Source: Octopus bimaculoides
Taxonomy: Eukaryota
Length of the DNA stretch: 34,814 bases
Assembly: GCF_001194135.2 (NCBI RefSeq)
Contig: NC_068996.1
Location: 35,345,847 to 35,380,660, forward strand
Direction of reading: 5' to 3'
Under the pieces are notes generated by a model that ran no database searches, was not told the origin of the DNA, and worked only from the letters and a program-made list of their open reading frames with translations. Shown here piece by piece: positions 34,637 to 34,814 of the stretch. Within the stretch, counting starts at the first letter, position 1; every line of letters starts with the position of its first letter. The translations under genes were made by a program, and so were the position numbers.

Positions 34637-34814
34637 TCACGTTCCCTTCTATTTTTTATTATTCGAAATTTTCCTGTAAGGAAGGAGCTGGTTTCTAATA
34701 AAGCTACAAAGCTCCTTCATTGGAAACGTGTCACATTTTAAACTTGAGAAGAGTCTTGCACAGTTTTAAAAAATTCCATTTACGGATTGTACGTATTTGT
34801 AAAGCGCGTGTTAA

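Overview
AT-rich eukaryotic (animal) genomic DNA from a draft assembly with 8 N-gaps (1174-1420, 3220-3288, 3936-4738, 14824-14853, 20230-20469, 21572-21699, 27847-28173, 28991-29971), most of them flanked by microsatellites. The microsatellite density and SINE families suggest an octopus (cephalopod) genome; this is inference from recalled repeat sequences, not a database result. I recognise no intact protein-coding gene. The long ORFs in the track are artefacts of microsatellites or gaps. Every recognisable protein fragment is a decayed transposon: R4/Dong-like REL-endonuclease non-LTR elements, RTE-like LINE pieces, Penelope-like GIY-YIG pieces, mariner and maT-like transposase relics. There are also two mariner/hAT-type MITEs and about 18 tRNA-derived SINE copies from three families. 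The window looks intronic or intergenic, with a candidate ATG-terminated first exon on the minus strand near 1.7-1.8 kb. I found no convincing new biological system. The most interesting leads are a degenerate hammerhead-ribozyme-like motif in a Penelope-like cluster, an inverted (twin-priming-like) REL retroelement insertion, a perfect 23-bp GC-rich hairpin, an unassigned inverted-repeat element, same-site tandem SINE insertion, SINE tail exchange, and a few splice-signal candidates.
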